Of a DNA stretch of 64,000 bases, positions 35,198 through 44,900 are shown one piece after another. The first letter of the stretch is position 1, and every line of letters begins with the position of its first letter. This DNA comes from a virus (taxonomy: Duplodnaviria; Caudoviricetes). The stretch lies in IMG/VR virus record IMGVR_UViG_2595698357_000001, positions 1 to 64,000 of that record; one strand, given 5' to 3'. Under the pieces are notes generated by a model. The model was not told where the DNA came from, made no database searches, and saw nothing but the letters and a program-made list of their open reading frames with translations. Made by a program: the position numbers and the translations under genes.

Positions 35198-37006
35198 ATG
35201 AACCCAAGATTCACGCAACCGAAGAGCGCGGTTTCGGAGATGACCAATCTGGCAGCAGTGTCCAGGATTTTTGGTTATGAAACCAAGAACTCTGAATACA
35301 TCCATGTCGGCCTGGACATCGGCAGCTACAAGGTTGTGTTTGATGACACGACTTCTACCTGCTGGCTCGTCAAGAACGCCACAGGCAACGTTGTGTCCTA
35401 CAGCCGATCTCAGGACACTCTTGTCGTTGTCACATCTGTCGGCACATTCAAGCTGAACCGCGCCAAGGCCGTGGATATGGAACTGCTGTTTAAATCAGAG
35501 CAGCACCTCCAGTATTATTACGATCTTCTGGGCAACTGGGACGACGCTTTCTTCATGGCACAGGTGAACGTGTTCCTCAAGGGTTACTCCCCAAGAATCA
35601 TCCTTCCTGTGGCCGAAATCACTATCACTCGCCCTATCCTGAATGGGGTTGCTCTCGGTGACAAAATTCATGCCACGTACCCAGAATTGAACTTCTACAA
35701 CTCCACCACTGGAAACTATCTCGCTGCTTGGCCTTTGGTCATCCATGGAACCTACCGCAAACAACAAGACGGTGGTCTGGGTGGTTACAGTGGCTCACAG
35801 ATCATATTCCGTGGTTGCAACAACCGTGACGACATGACTTGGACTCAATGGGCGATTATCCATTCTGGCCCGAACCCAACGGAAGTCGGCCAGCTGCGCC
35901 GCACGGACACTCTGTTGAAGAACTGGCCTGCATTCGCTGACCTGCGCGACTTCAACATCCGGGCGATCAACAAAGACGGCGTCCCGATTTCAAACGTCCA
36001 CGGCATGTATTTCCACTATGGGACTCAGGTCTCAGCGGTCAACATGTCTATCTACCAGTGCTATGGTGCTGGCGTCGCGGTGGACAACACCTGGGACTCC
36101 AAATTCGAGAACCTGAAAGTGCTGCAGTGTGGTCGCATGTCTCCTGTGTTCGGGCAATACGTGACTGACGGAAACTTCGGTCCCCAATACCAGACCTATG
36201 CTCCGATTCACGTGATGCGCTCGCCTCTGTCTGACAATAGCAACTTCATCCGTTTCCACAACTGTCACGTGGAAGACAACATGCATGCTGCTGTAGACGT
36301 GATCGTGTCCGGTAACTCTTCGCCGGTATGGTTGACAGACCTCCACGTGGAAGCGCAGACTGGATTGGGCGGTACGACCAACAACGGCCAACGAACCATC
36401 GTCGGCTTGGGTAACTTCGGTGTGACCTACTTCGGTCAAGATGCCCAGCCGGGTTATGATTACAAGGCGCGCCCGGATACCGGTACTGGCGGCAACGTTG
36501 TTTGGACTGGCGGTGGTATGTATTCAGACACGTACAGCCATATTGCCCGGCTGACTCGTTATTCTGCCTTCGTTCTGTCTGATATGGTGTTCCCAAACAG
36601 CGGCAACATCAACGTCGTCGGCGGCAACGCGGCTCCATACGTGTATCTGTCCAACTGCGTGGTCGGGGATATCAGCTTCACTGGCGGTAACGGTTCACTG
36701 TCTCCCCTGAAGGCAAGCAACTGCCGTATCAAATCCTTGACAATGGATTACACTTATGGTCCACAGCTGTCCAACTGTGAGATATCTGGCGCGTTCAACA
36801 TCACGAACATGTACAGCAACAAGCCGGAAGGTGGGGTACAGCTGACCAACTGTAACATCGGCTCAATGTCTGGTGTAATCCAGTTCGGCCAGGGTATCGT
36901 CACTCTTACTTCGACGACTGACCCTTCACCGTTCGTGGTCTACTATGGTCATATCGACGTTTCTCGCTATGCCTATTACAACACCAATAATCTGGTAGGT
37001 GGTTAA
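35198..37006 (+). CDS. Tailspike, TSP1/TSP3-type N-terminus
   Basis: MNPRFTQPKSAVSEMTNLAAVSRIFG resembles CBA120 TSP1/TSP3 N-termini as recalled; beta-helix NTWDSKFENL, NSNFIRFHNCHVE. Confidence 0.85.
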   Translation: MNPRFTQPKSAVSEMTNLAAVSRIFGYETKNSEYIHVGLDIGSYKVVFDDTTSTCWLVKNATGNVVSYSRSQDTLVVVTSVGTFKLNRAKAVDMELLFKSEQHLQYYYDLLGNWDDAFFMAQVNVFLKGYSPRIILPVAEITITRPILNGVALGDKIHATYPELNFYNSTTGNYLAAWPLVIHGTYRKQQDGGLGGYSGSQIIFRGCNNRDDMTWTQWAIIHSGPNPTEVGQLRRTDTLLKNWPAFADLRDFNIRAINKDGVPISNVHGMYFHYGTQVSAVNMSIYQCYGAGVAVDNTWDSKFENLKVLQCGRMSPVFGQYVTDGNFGPQYQTYAPIHVMRSPLSDNSNFIRFHNCHVEDNMHAAVDVIVSGNSSPVWLTDLHVEAQTGLGGTTNNGQRTIVGLGNFGVTYFGQDAQPGYDYKARPDTGTGGNVVWTGGGMYSDTYSHIARLTRYSAFVLSDMVFPNSGNINVVGGNAAPYVYLSNCVVGDISFTGGNGSLSPLKASNCRIKSLTMDYTYGPQLSNCEISGAFNITNMYSNKPEGGVQLTNCNIGSMSGVIQFGQGIVTLTSTTDPSPFVVYYGHIDVSRYAYYNTNNLVGG

Positions 37007-37007
37007 T

Positions 37008-37754
37008 ATGAGCCAGTCAATTAGCAGTATCATGCAACTCCCGGTCAACATGAACTTCAACAAGGTTGTGATGGTCGGGCGCTATGCGGGGATAGCCGGG
37101 ACGACAATCAATGGGCCAGACGTGGCCATCACCAACAACTATCGCCTGGTGGTTGAACAAGTCAGTGTAAACACACAGACGATCTATCAGCGCCTGGAGT
37201 ACAGGTTGTCCGGCACGGTCAGGGTGTTTGGTCGCTTCGGCACCAACTCCACTGGCTCTGATCCTCTTGGTGGGACTTGGACGTTCACTACCTGGGAAGA
37301 ATTTGCCACGCCAGCCAACGGCTTCACAACTACAGCAACAGTGAAAGCTGGGCGCTTGGAGTCTACGGGACAGGTGGTGGGGACGTATGTGGGTTCAACC
37401 GGGCGTGTGGTTGCAGCGACTTCTGTTGAAGGGGCGACGGCAACGTTCACTGGGGTGGTGACTTGTTCCTCAGTCAACCAGACTTCGGATCAGAACCTGA
37501 AGAAAGACATCACAGAGATACCACCAGAGCTGATTGCAGCGGCCAAATCCGTGTCTCCCAAGCAGTACCGTTTGAAGAGTGATGACACTGGCGCCCTGCA
37601 TGTCGGGTTCATGGCACAAGAAGTTTGGGACGCCATTGTTGCTGTGGGGCTTAATCCAGAAGATTACGCGCTGATTGGCCAGCATGAGGACGAAGACGGC
37701 GGCAAATTCTTCTCCATTAATTATACTGAATTGATGTTGCTGCGCAGCCTCTGA
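37008..37754 (+). CDS. Short fibre-like protein with C-terminal peptidase S74 intramolecular chaperone
   Basis: SDQNLKKDI...HVGFMAQEV...INYTEL; N-terminal knob-like QTIYQR...WTFTTW. Confidence 0.8.
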   Translation: MSQSISSIMQLPVNMNFNKVVMVGRYAGIAGTTINGPDVAITNNYRLVVEQVSVNTQTIYQRLEYRLSGTVRVFGRFGTNSTGSDPLGGTWTFTTWEEFATPANGFTTTATVKAGRLESTGQVVGTYVGSTGRVVAATSVEGATATFTGVVTCSSVNQTSDQNLKKDITEIPPELIAAAKSVSPKQYRLKSDDTGALHVGFMAQEVWDAIVAVGLNPEDYALIGQHEDEDGGKFFSINYTELMLLRSL

Positions 37755-37764
37755 GGAGCATGAA

Positions 37765-38052
37765 ATGTCTATCAAGATTTTGAAAGAAATTGCGGTGTCC
37801 AAGTCTTTCCCTGAACTTTCTCTGGAGATCTCCCAGGGCACTGAGAAGGTGGAAGTGACTTACACTGTGGAATCCATTGAGTCCATCACCAATGGCCAGG
37901 GCACCATCAACTACTCCATCAGCGTGGCTGGTGAGAAGTCCCCTGCTTGGCGCAAACTGTCATTCCCATACGATGGTGGCGCTAACCCATTTGAAGCTGC
38001 TGAGAGTGCCCTGGAGGCATATCTCGTGGGCACCACAGGGACTGGAGAATAA
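37765..38052 (+). CDS. Tailspike-associated small protein, paralog C
   Basis: 95 aa paralog; RBS GAGGAG. Confidence 0.8.
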   Translation: MSIKILKEIAVSKSFPELSLEISQGTEKVEVTYTVESIESITNGQGTINYSISVAGEKSPAWRKLSFPYDGGANPFEAAESALEAYLVGTTGTGE

Positions 38053-38053
38053 C

Positions 38054-40507
38054 ATGAGACGCGTAGAAGATATTTTCGGGAGCTACCAGGTGGCTCCCCG
38101 CCAGACCCCTTGGGTGTTCATATCCCAGGGTGGTGAGACGAAGGTCACTGTGCCTTTCGCTTTTCAATCGTGCTTGCTGACAATCGACGGTGTGGTGCAA
38201 ATCCCGACTTCCGCTGATGCGGTCAACGGGGCATACACTGTTGACGGCGCAGATATCTTGTTCAGTGATGACACTGTCCAGAAGTATCTCAAGCCAAACC
38301 AGCAGCTCTACTTCCTGTTCGACACGTCCTGGGGTGATATTGGCTCCGGGGGCGGGGGTGGCGGGGGCGGGAACAACGGCGTCATGGTTGAGCGCAAGTT
38401 CACCACGACCGGCGGTGAAACCATCCTGGATCCGAAGATCACTTTCTCCAGCGTCCTTCTGTTCGTAGACGGTGAGGCCAAATACCCTGGTGAGTACTTC
38501 ACTATCTCTGGGAACAAACTGGTCTACACTGACCCGATGACGGCCGGGCGTGATGTCTACGCTTTGTTCGGCATCCCGAGTTCCAGCATGTCTCTGTATG
38601 CCACCCAGGAAGAATTGTCTGGTGTGCAGGCTAACATCGACGGCCTGAAGACCCAGTTGGGTGCTCCTTGGAACGGGATAGTTTCCGACGTCTACACTTA
38701 CATTGATTCTGTGACATCGATAACGTCGCGCGCGGTTCCAGCGAATATCAATATCGTGTATACCAAGAAATACTCCACAGCTTCCTTGTCTCAGTCAGAT
38801 ATCCAGTTGGTTCGTGAACCATCAGAGGATAACGTCCTTCTCGCAACCAAGACCTGGGTGCAGAACGGGGCTATCAACGGCAAATTACTGGCGTTTGACA
38901 ACGCAGGTAAGGCGTTCCGACTGAACCCGGTCAACGGCCAGTACTCGATCGAATCTTTGGGTGGCGGCGACGGCGGGGATGATACTGTCCTCATCGAATT
39001 GGCTCAACAGTTGTCTGTGAAGCCGGTTCAGCTGGTTGAGAACAAGGTGTACAACTACACCCGTGCTGTAAAACACACTGGAGGCCGTGGCTGGATCGGG
39101 AAGAACACGACGTTCCGTTGTACCAATGCGACTGCATCTGTTCCGTTCGTAACCTCTCTGAAAACGGCGCAAGGCGCTGACAATGACTTGGTCAACGGTA
39201 CATCAGGCGTGGCCAACGCGATCTGGTCTGGTATTCTCATCGATACCAACTACAGTGACACCACCGGCGTTGTTGGGTTCCAGTTCGCTGAGAATACCCT
39301 GGACAACTGGGTCAAATGCCGCTTTGTTGATGTGGTATTCAAAAACAGCAAATTCGATAACCTCGCCATGCAGAACGGCTGCATTGAATTGCGGTTTGAG
39401 AACTGCCGTTTTGAGAACGCAGGGGAAGACAGTGTGACCGTTCGCAAGACCTGTGAGCGTGTGGTGTTCGAGAACTGTACTGTTGACAAGACCGCACTGG
39501 TCGCCCACGTCAGCAGCGGTAACGCAAAGTTTGGTGACGGGATTGTCGTCAAGGCCAAGTTTGTGACGATTAACAACTGCACCTTTAAGGATGTAGGCAA
39601 CAACATCAAGGGTGCGGGGATTGCCAACAACGCTGAAGACAACGACAACGTTGACCAGGCCAGCTACAACAAATACACCAACAACACGTTCATCAACTGC
39701 TACGGTGGTATGGGTATTGGTACTGTGAATGCGGGCTTCATTGCGGCCGGTCAACTGATCGGTGACCTGATTATTACTGGCAACGAGTTCATCAATACTC
39801 AGGCGAACGCAATCGGCATCCGCTACGTTAAGAACGTTCAGATCCGTGACTGCATAATCAACAAGCAGAACCTCCAGGGGTATCACGCTGTTGAGTTGAT
39901 CAACGTGGTAAACGTCGATGCTGCAGCCACTGTGTTGAACGCGTCTGGTGGTGCATGCACTGTAACCAACTGTAATGGCAAAGTTGATATCCACGCTAAC
40001 GATGTCAGCAAGGCGAACGCATTGAACTCCTTAGTCATCGGTAACTGTGATGGTCTCAAGTTCACGGCAGATCTGTACTTGTCAGGGCGTACTGCGATGA
40101 CGGTTGACAGCTTCTCCAACGGTAAAATCGATGTTCGACTGCGTGGCGTCGCCAAGGCCGGTCTTGTAGGTAACATTGTGTCTCGTAGTGAAATTAACGT
40201 GGCTGCAACGAGCTGTGGTAACAACGGGGTGACCATGACCGCCCTAAACAACAGTGTTCTACGAGCCGAGGTCTATGATGCCGGTACTGAAGCCGATGTG
40301 ACCTATGTGTCCGCGCGCCTGGTATCTGGTAGCCGTAACCGGGTCTTTGTGACGTCCACCTCTGGGCAGACAAACCGACCGTCGTACGATATCCTAGTTG
40401 AAGCCGGGGTATCCAACGGCGCACTGTACAGCGACTGCTCAGCAGGTAAGACTGGCAAGGTCAACATCGTGACTGGTGCTACCATAACACAATTTGAAAA
40501 TCTGTAG
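38054..40507 (+). CDS. Tailspike, TSP2-like (XD2/XD3 branching domains plus beta-helix)
   Basis: MRRVEDIFG...APRQTP...GGET...TIDGVVQIP resembles the CBA120 TSP2 N-terminus as recalled; poly-Gly linker; second GGET domain. Confidence 0.88.
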   Translation: MRRVEDIFGSYQVAPRQTPWVFISQGGETKVTVPFAFQSCLLTIDGVVQIPTSADAVNGAYTVDGADILFSDDTVQKYLKPNQQLYFLFDTSWGDIGSGGGGGGGGNNGVMVERKFTTTGGETILDPKITFSSVLLFVDGEAKYPGEYFTISGNKLVYTDPMTAGRDVYALFGIPSSSMSLYATQEELSGVQANIDGLKTQLGAPWNGIVSDVYTYIDSVTSITSRAVPANINIVYTKKYSTASLSQSDIQLVREPSEDNVLLATKTWVQNGAINGKLLAFDNAGKAFRLNPVNGQYSIESLGGGDGGDDTVLIELAQQLSVKPVQLVENKVYNYTRAVKHTGGRGWIGKNTTFRCTNATASVPFVTSLKTAQGADNDLVNGTSGVANAIWSGILIDTNYSDTTGVVGFQFAENTLDNWVKCRFVDVVFKNSKFDNLAMQNGCIELRFENCRFENAGEDSVTVRKTCERVVFENCTVDKTALVAHVSSGNAKFGDGIVVKAKFVTINNCTFKDVGNNIKGAGIANNAEDNDNVDQASYNKYTNNTFINCYGGMGIGTVNAGFIAAGQLIGDLIITGNEFINTQANAIGIRYVKNVQIRDCIINKQNLQGYHAVELINVVNVDAAATVLNASGGACTVTNCNGKVDIHANDVSKANALNSLVIGNCDGLKFTADLYLSGRTAMTVDSFSNGKIDVRLRGVAKAGLVGNIVSRSEINVAATSCGNNGVTMTALNNSVLRAEVYDAGTEADVTYVSARLVSGSRNRVFVTSTSGQTNRPSYDILVEAGVSNGALYSDCSAGKTGKVNIVTGATITQFENL

Positions 40508-40515
40508 GAGGCCAC

Positions 40516-40701
40516 ATGGCTAAGTTCGCACCAGGAGACAAAGTAAAGCAGACTAGCGACCGTTTTAAAGGTCTCCCGGATACTGCTGTCGTTCTGAACG
40601 TGATTGGTGAAGACAGCCCGACATACGAACTGGATTTTGGCGACACCCTGTATCCGTTCTACTTCAGGGAAGACGAGCTGACGAAGGTCAAATCGAAATA
40701 A
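40516..40701 (+). CDS. Small hypothetical protein (SH3-like)
   Basis: MAKFAPGDKVK...YELDF...FREDEL; RBS GGAGG. Confidence 0.75.
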   Translation: MAKFAPGDKVKQTSDRFKGLPDTAVVLNVIGEDSPTYELDFGDTLYPFYFREDELTKVKSK

Positions 40702-40703
40702 AC

Positions 40704-40723
40704 AAAGCCCCTTCGGGGGCTTT
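40704..40723. terminator. Bidirectional terminator
   Basis: AAAGCCCC-TTCG-GGGGCTTT. Confidence 0.85.
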
Positions 40724-41000
40724 ACTTTTTCTGCTTGAACCGGTAGAACACAGGCTCAATGTACTTGATGAAGAACCCCTCGACCTTTGGCTTCGGCTCG
40801 AACAATTTCAGCTTGACTTTCTTCACCGGTTCAACCCGCCAACCCGGACTCCACTTGAATTCTGACATTCGGCCGTGCTGAGGGCATACCTGCCACATCT
40901 TGTCTGGGATGTATGACGCAGTTTCCTCAAACTCCACGTCTTCGTCATCCACGAAGACATAGCCACAAATAGGGCATTTGTCAATCTTATAATTGAACAT
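40722..41000 (-). CDS. Zn-ribbon-like hypothetical protein
   Basis: CPICG...CPQH. Confidence 0.7.
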   Translation of the reverse strand: MFNYKIDKCPICGYVFVDDEDVEFEETASYIPDKMWQVCPQHGRMSEFKWSPGWRVEPVKKVKLKLFEPKPKVEGFFIKYIEPVFYRFKQKK

Positions 41001-41116
41001 AGAAGTGCTCCGAACAATTGCCGACTTGGTCTCCATCGAACTTCCTGAATTTCAACCCGTCGGCGCTGATGACATAAAGCGCGGTTTCCCGCGCCCTTAT
41101 TTTGTAGTGGTGATGA

Positions 41117-41827
41117 TCAATCTTCCTGACCACCAAAATCCTGAGGTTGAACACTACCTTCCGATTTGTTGGCACTTTTAGCCTCCAACATCATAATATG
41201 AGCCATGGTCGTCACGCTTTTGATAAGCTGGACTGAAGTCGAGTAACGGGTGTTATCATCTATTGGTTGCCAGCCACAATTTGTAAGAACTCTATCGTTC
41301 AACATGCCATGCACCATAGTGAATACCTGATTCATGATATTCTTTGCGCCAGGTGTCAAACAAGCCTTTCCGTTGCCAAGCAACAGGGTACGAGACAATT
41401 CGCGCATAAGGCCAATGGTGTTCTGGGTATCACCGGACATGACCATGAATGGACGCCTTTTGAGATAGACCATCCGTTCAGCATGGGACGATGGGGGAGT
41501 GCCAGCCATGTAGAAATTGAGTTCCTGGTCAGCGTGAACCAGAAGACGATCCTGGTTGAGGTCAATGAACAGGATATCCCCGTTGCGAGTCATGATATCG
41601 GCGGCGGTTTCAAACTGCTTCATGAAAGCCTGGTCCACAATGATGTGGTCTTTGTCAGACGGCGCCATGAAGATGAGGTAGAACGCCTTGGTATTATGAT
41701 CCTGGTGCCATTGCCAACCAGCAGGCGTCGGGTATACCGGGGCGATGAAATTGATATTGTTACTGTTAATCCAACTCACGATTTCGGTGATGCGTGCGTT
41801 GCGGTTTGCTTCTTTCGAGGTCTTCAT
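41117..41827 (-). CDS. Hypothetical protein
   Basis: RBS AGGAG; promoter TTCAAT-N14-TATGAT at 41865-41890. Confidence 0.75.
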   Translation of the reverse strand: MKTSKEANRNARITEIVSWINSNNINFIAPVYPTPAGWQWHQDHNTKAFYLIFMAPSDKDHIIVDQAFMKQFETAADIMTRNGDILFIDLNQDRLLVHADQELNFYMAGTPPSSHAERMVYLKRRPFMVMSGDTQNTIGLMRELSRTLLLGNGKACLTPGAKNIMNQVFTMVHGMLNDRVLTNCGWQPIDDNTRYSTSVQLIKSVTTMAHIMMLEAKSANKSEGSVQPQDFGGQED

Positions 41828-41956
41828 TGTGTATCTCCTGCCCTTCAACGTTTAAGATGGAGCTATCATATGCTGGTCGTGTTTATTGAAAAAGGATGGC
41901 CGAAAACCCATGAGACTAAATAATAGAAATCGCCCCCATATACTGGAGCAAGTAAA

Positions 41957-44900
41957 ATGCAATCAACCAATCTAAACGTCAAGCCGTATTTCGATGACTT
42001 CGATGAGGCCAAGGGGTTCCAACGTATCCTGTTCCGCCCTAGCCCAATCAAGGTGCAGACCAGGGAACTGAACCAAATCCAGTCCATTTTCGCGAACCAG
42101 ATCGAGAAGTTTGCCAACAACATCTTCAAAGATGGTTCCGTTGTCATCCCCGGCGGTCTGACCATTACCAACTCCCAAGTTTCCATGAAGTTCAAGTTGG
42201 CGGGTGGCAGCGAATTCACTGACCTGGAAGGCATCCAGGAGCTGTATGTTCAGTCGAAGGAAACCGGGGTGAACGGCCGCATTCTTAGCCTGTCACGTTA
42301 TGTATCCGAGCCTGACACGATGTTCGCCATCATTGAGATGATCGACTCCGGTACAGGTACGACCAACAGCTTCGTTCCAGATGAAGATCTGTATTTCAAC
42401 ACCTACGATGCCAACGATGTGTCTATCCGCGTCGGTTACGGCGTTGTCGGCACCCTGGGCGGCGCGATCGTAGCCCGCATGACCAAGGGCGTCTACTATG
42501 TCCGGGGTATGTTCATTGATGTTGAAGACCAGATGCTGGTTGTCGACGCCAACCACAACGATACTGACCACAAGGTCGGTTTCAACGTGGAAGAGCAGAT
42601 CATCACTGAGGCTGAAGACAATTCTCTGTACTCCAACGCGCAGGGCACCCCAAACAGCAAGGCTCCAGGCGCACACCGTCTGCGTGTTATGCTGACCCTG
42701 AAGCGCGCCGGGTATGCTGAGGCCATCGATAACTTCGTGGAGCTGGCTAAGATCAAAGGCGGTAAGATTCAGACCATGGTCACCCAGACCACTTACAACC
42801 TGATCGAAGACGCCATGGCGCAGCGCACCTATGAGCAGGCTGGTGACTACAACGTGTCCGCGCACCAAATCGACCTGCGTGAGCACCTGAAGACTGACAC
42901 CAACGGTGGGGTGTACACTCCTGAAGAAGGTGGTGACGCCAGCAAGATGGTTGCGGTCATGAAGCCGGGTATCTCCTATGTTCGCGGCTACCGTGTGCAA
43001 AACCAAGGCGAAATCAACGTCGTCATCGACAAGGCGCGCGACACTGCCAATGTCAACAACATCCCGGTTGCTGTTGCTACTGGTAACTTCCTGACGACCA
43101 AAGCGTCTAAAGGCGTACCGGTTATCAGCCGCTCTACGCGCTATCGTCTCCTCAACTCGTCTGGTGGCCAGATCGGTACAGCTTTGCTGATTTCGGCAGA
43201 GAGAAGTGGCGCTGAGTTCCGTCTCTTCCTGCGTGACATCGTATGGACTGGTGATCGCACTACCTTCGCCAAGATCTCCTACCAGGACAGTGGTGTGACG
43301 CGCTTCATTTCCGACCTGGAGTCCAAAGAGTTCAGCCAATCGTCCTCACTGGATCTCCTTTTCGACCTGCCTGTGTTCGGTGTCAAGTCGCTCATCGTTG
43401 GTGAGAACATCGACATCAACTACAGCGTGATGCGCTCGTACAAGATCGCACTGGACAGCACCGGCTCTGGTTCGGTTGCCGCTCCTGCTGGTTACAGCTT
43501 CTCCCCTGAGTTCGCTCTGTATGCTGGCGCGAAGTCCGACGGCTCGGCTGCACAGATCGATGTGAGCAACGCCTTGACCTTGTCTGGTACTCCGGTCGGT
43601 TCGGCGCTGACCATCCATCTGTCTTCTGGCTCTGCTAACCAAGAGATCATGCTGATGGCGCTGATGGTACGCACCACGGCTGTGATCAAGAGCAAGACCA
43701 TGTCTGAGATCACCGACACTGTGACGTTCACCAACGAAAGCAGCAAGGTGCTGACCCAGGCTGACGGCCAGAAGTTGGTGCAGGTACGCGATGCTACTGG
43801 TGCTGATGTGACCGGCAACTTCTCGTTCGACGGTGGCCAGCGTGACGCGGGGTATTACCCATCGACGTTGTCTTCTAACCTGGGCAACATCGCGGGCGTT
43901 TTCACTGTGAAATATCAATACTTCGCTCACAGCGCGGGTGATTTCTTCACGGCTGACTCCTACAACTCGATCCCGTATGAGACCATTCCGAACTACACAT
44001 CCCAGTCTTCTGGTACCGTGTATGGCCTGGCCGACTCCATCGACTTCCGTGGCAAGATCACCAACGGCGGCTCTGACACCGATATGGTTCGTCCGAACTC
44101 CGCTATCATCATGGATGTTCAATACTATCTGCCTCGTATCGATGCAGTGTATGTGTCTGCGGAAGGTAAATTCGGCGCGGCTCGTGGTATCAGTTCTGAC
44201 AAATTGGCCAGCCCGGCTATCCCGGACAACGCCATGCGTCTTTACGAGCTGATGATTCCTCCGTACACTCCAAATATCGACAACGTGAGCATCAACACGA
44301 TCGATAACCGTCGTTACACCATGCGTGATATCGGCAAGCTGGAGAAGCGTATTGAGAACGTCGAATACTACACCACTCTGTCTCAGCTGGAATCCTCGGC
44401 CGCGACTCAGCAGGTGTTCGACCCAATAACCGGCAACCCACGCTACAAGAACGGTATCGCAGCTGACCCATTCAAGGACTATCGTCTGATCGATGACCTG
44501 TCCTCCGACTGGCGTGGCTCCATCGATACTGACACTGGTCGCCTGCGTCCGTTCGTACAGCAGAACGTCATCGACATGGCTCCTGACTCTTCATGGACTG
44601 CCATCAAGGATGGTATGGTGTGCTGTGTGTCTACTCTGGACGTGTCTGTTGCCCAGGACTACGCGACGTCGACGATCAACGTCAACCCGTATGCCGTGTT
44701 CAACTGGAACGGTTACATCAAGCTGACCCCGACCACCGACTACTGGTTCGAGAACTACTATGTTGAGCCTCGCATCATCAACGAGACCATCAACACCCGT
44801 GGTACTGTCCAGCCGGGTAGCGTGTACGGCACCTGGAGAACCGTGTCTGTGTCTGAGCGCGTGTGGGAACCACATGGTGCGGGCGGCGTTTGGTGGGGCT

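Noticed and set aside
36990-37010. Programmed frameshift fusing the tailspike to the S74 protein
   Set aside because: No slippery sequence is visible, and the downstream ATG at 37008 has a plausible GGTAGGTGG RBS.
38341-38372. G-rich run as a G-quadruplex or phase-variation tract
   Set aside because: It encodes the poly-Gly linker between XD domains, and the runs are interrupted at third codon positions.
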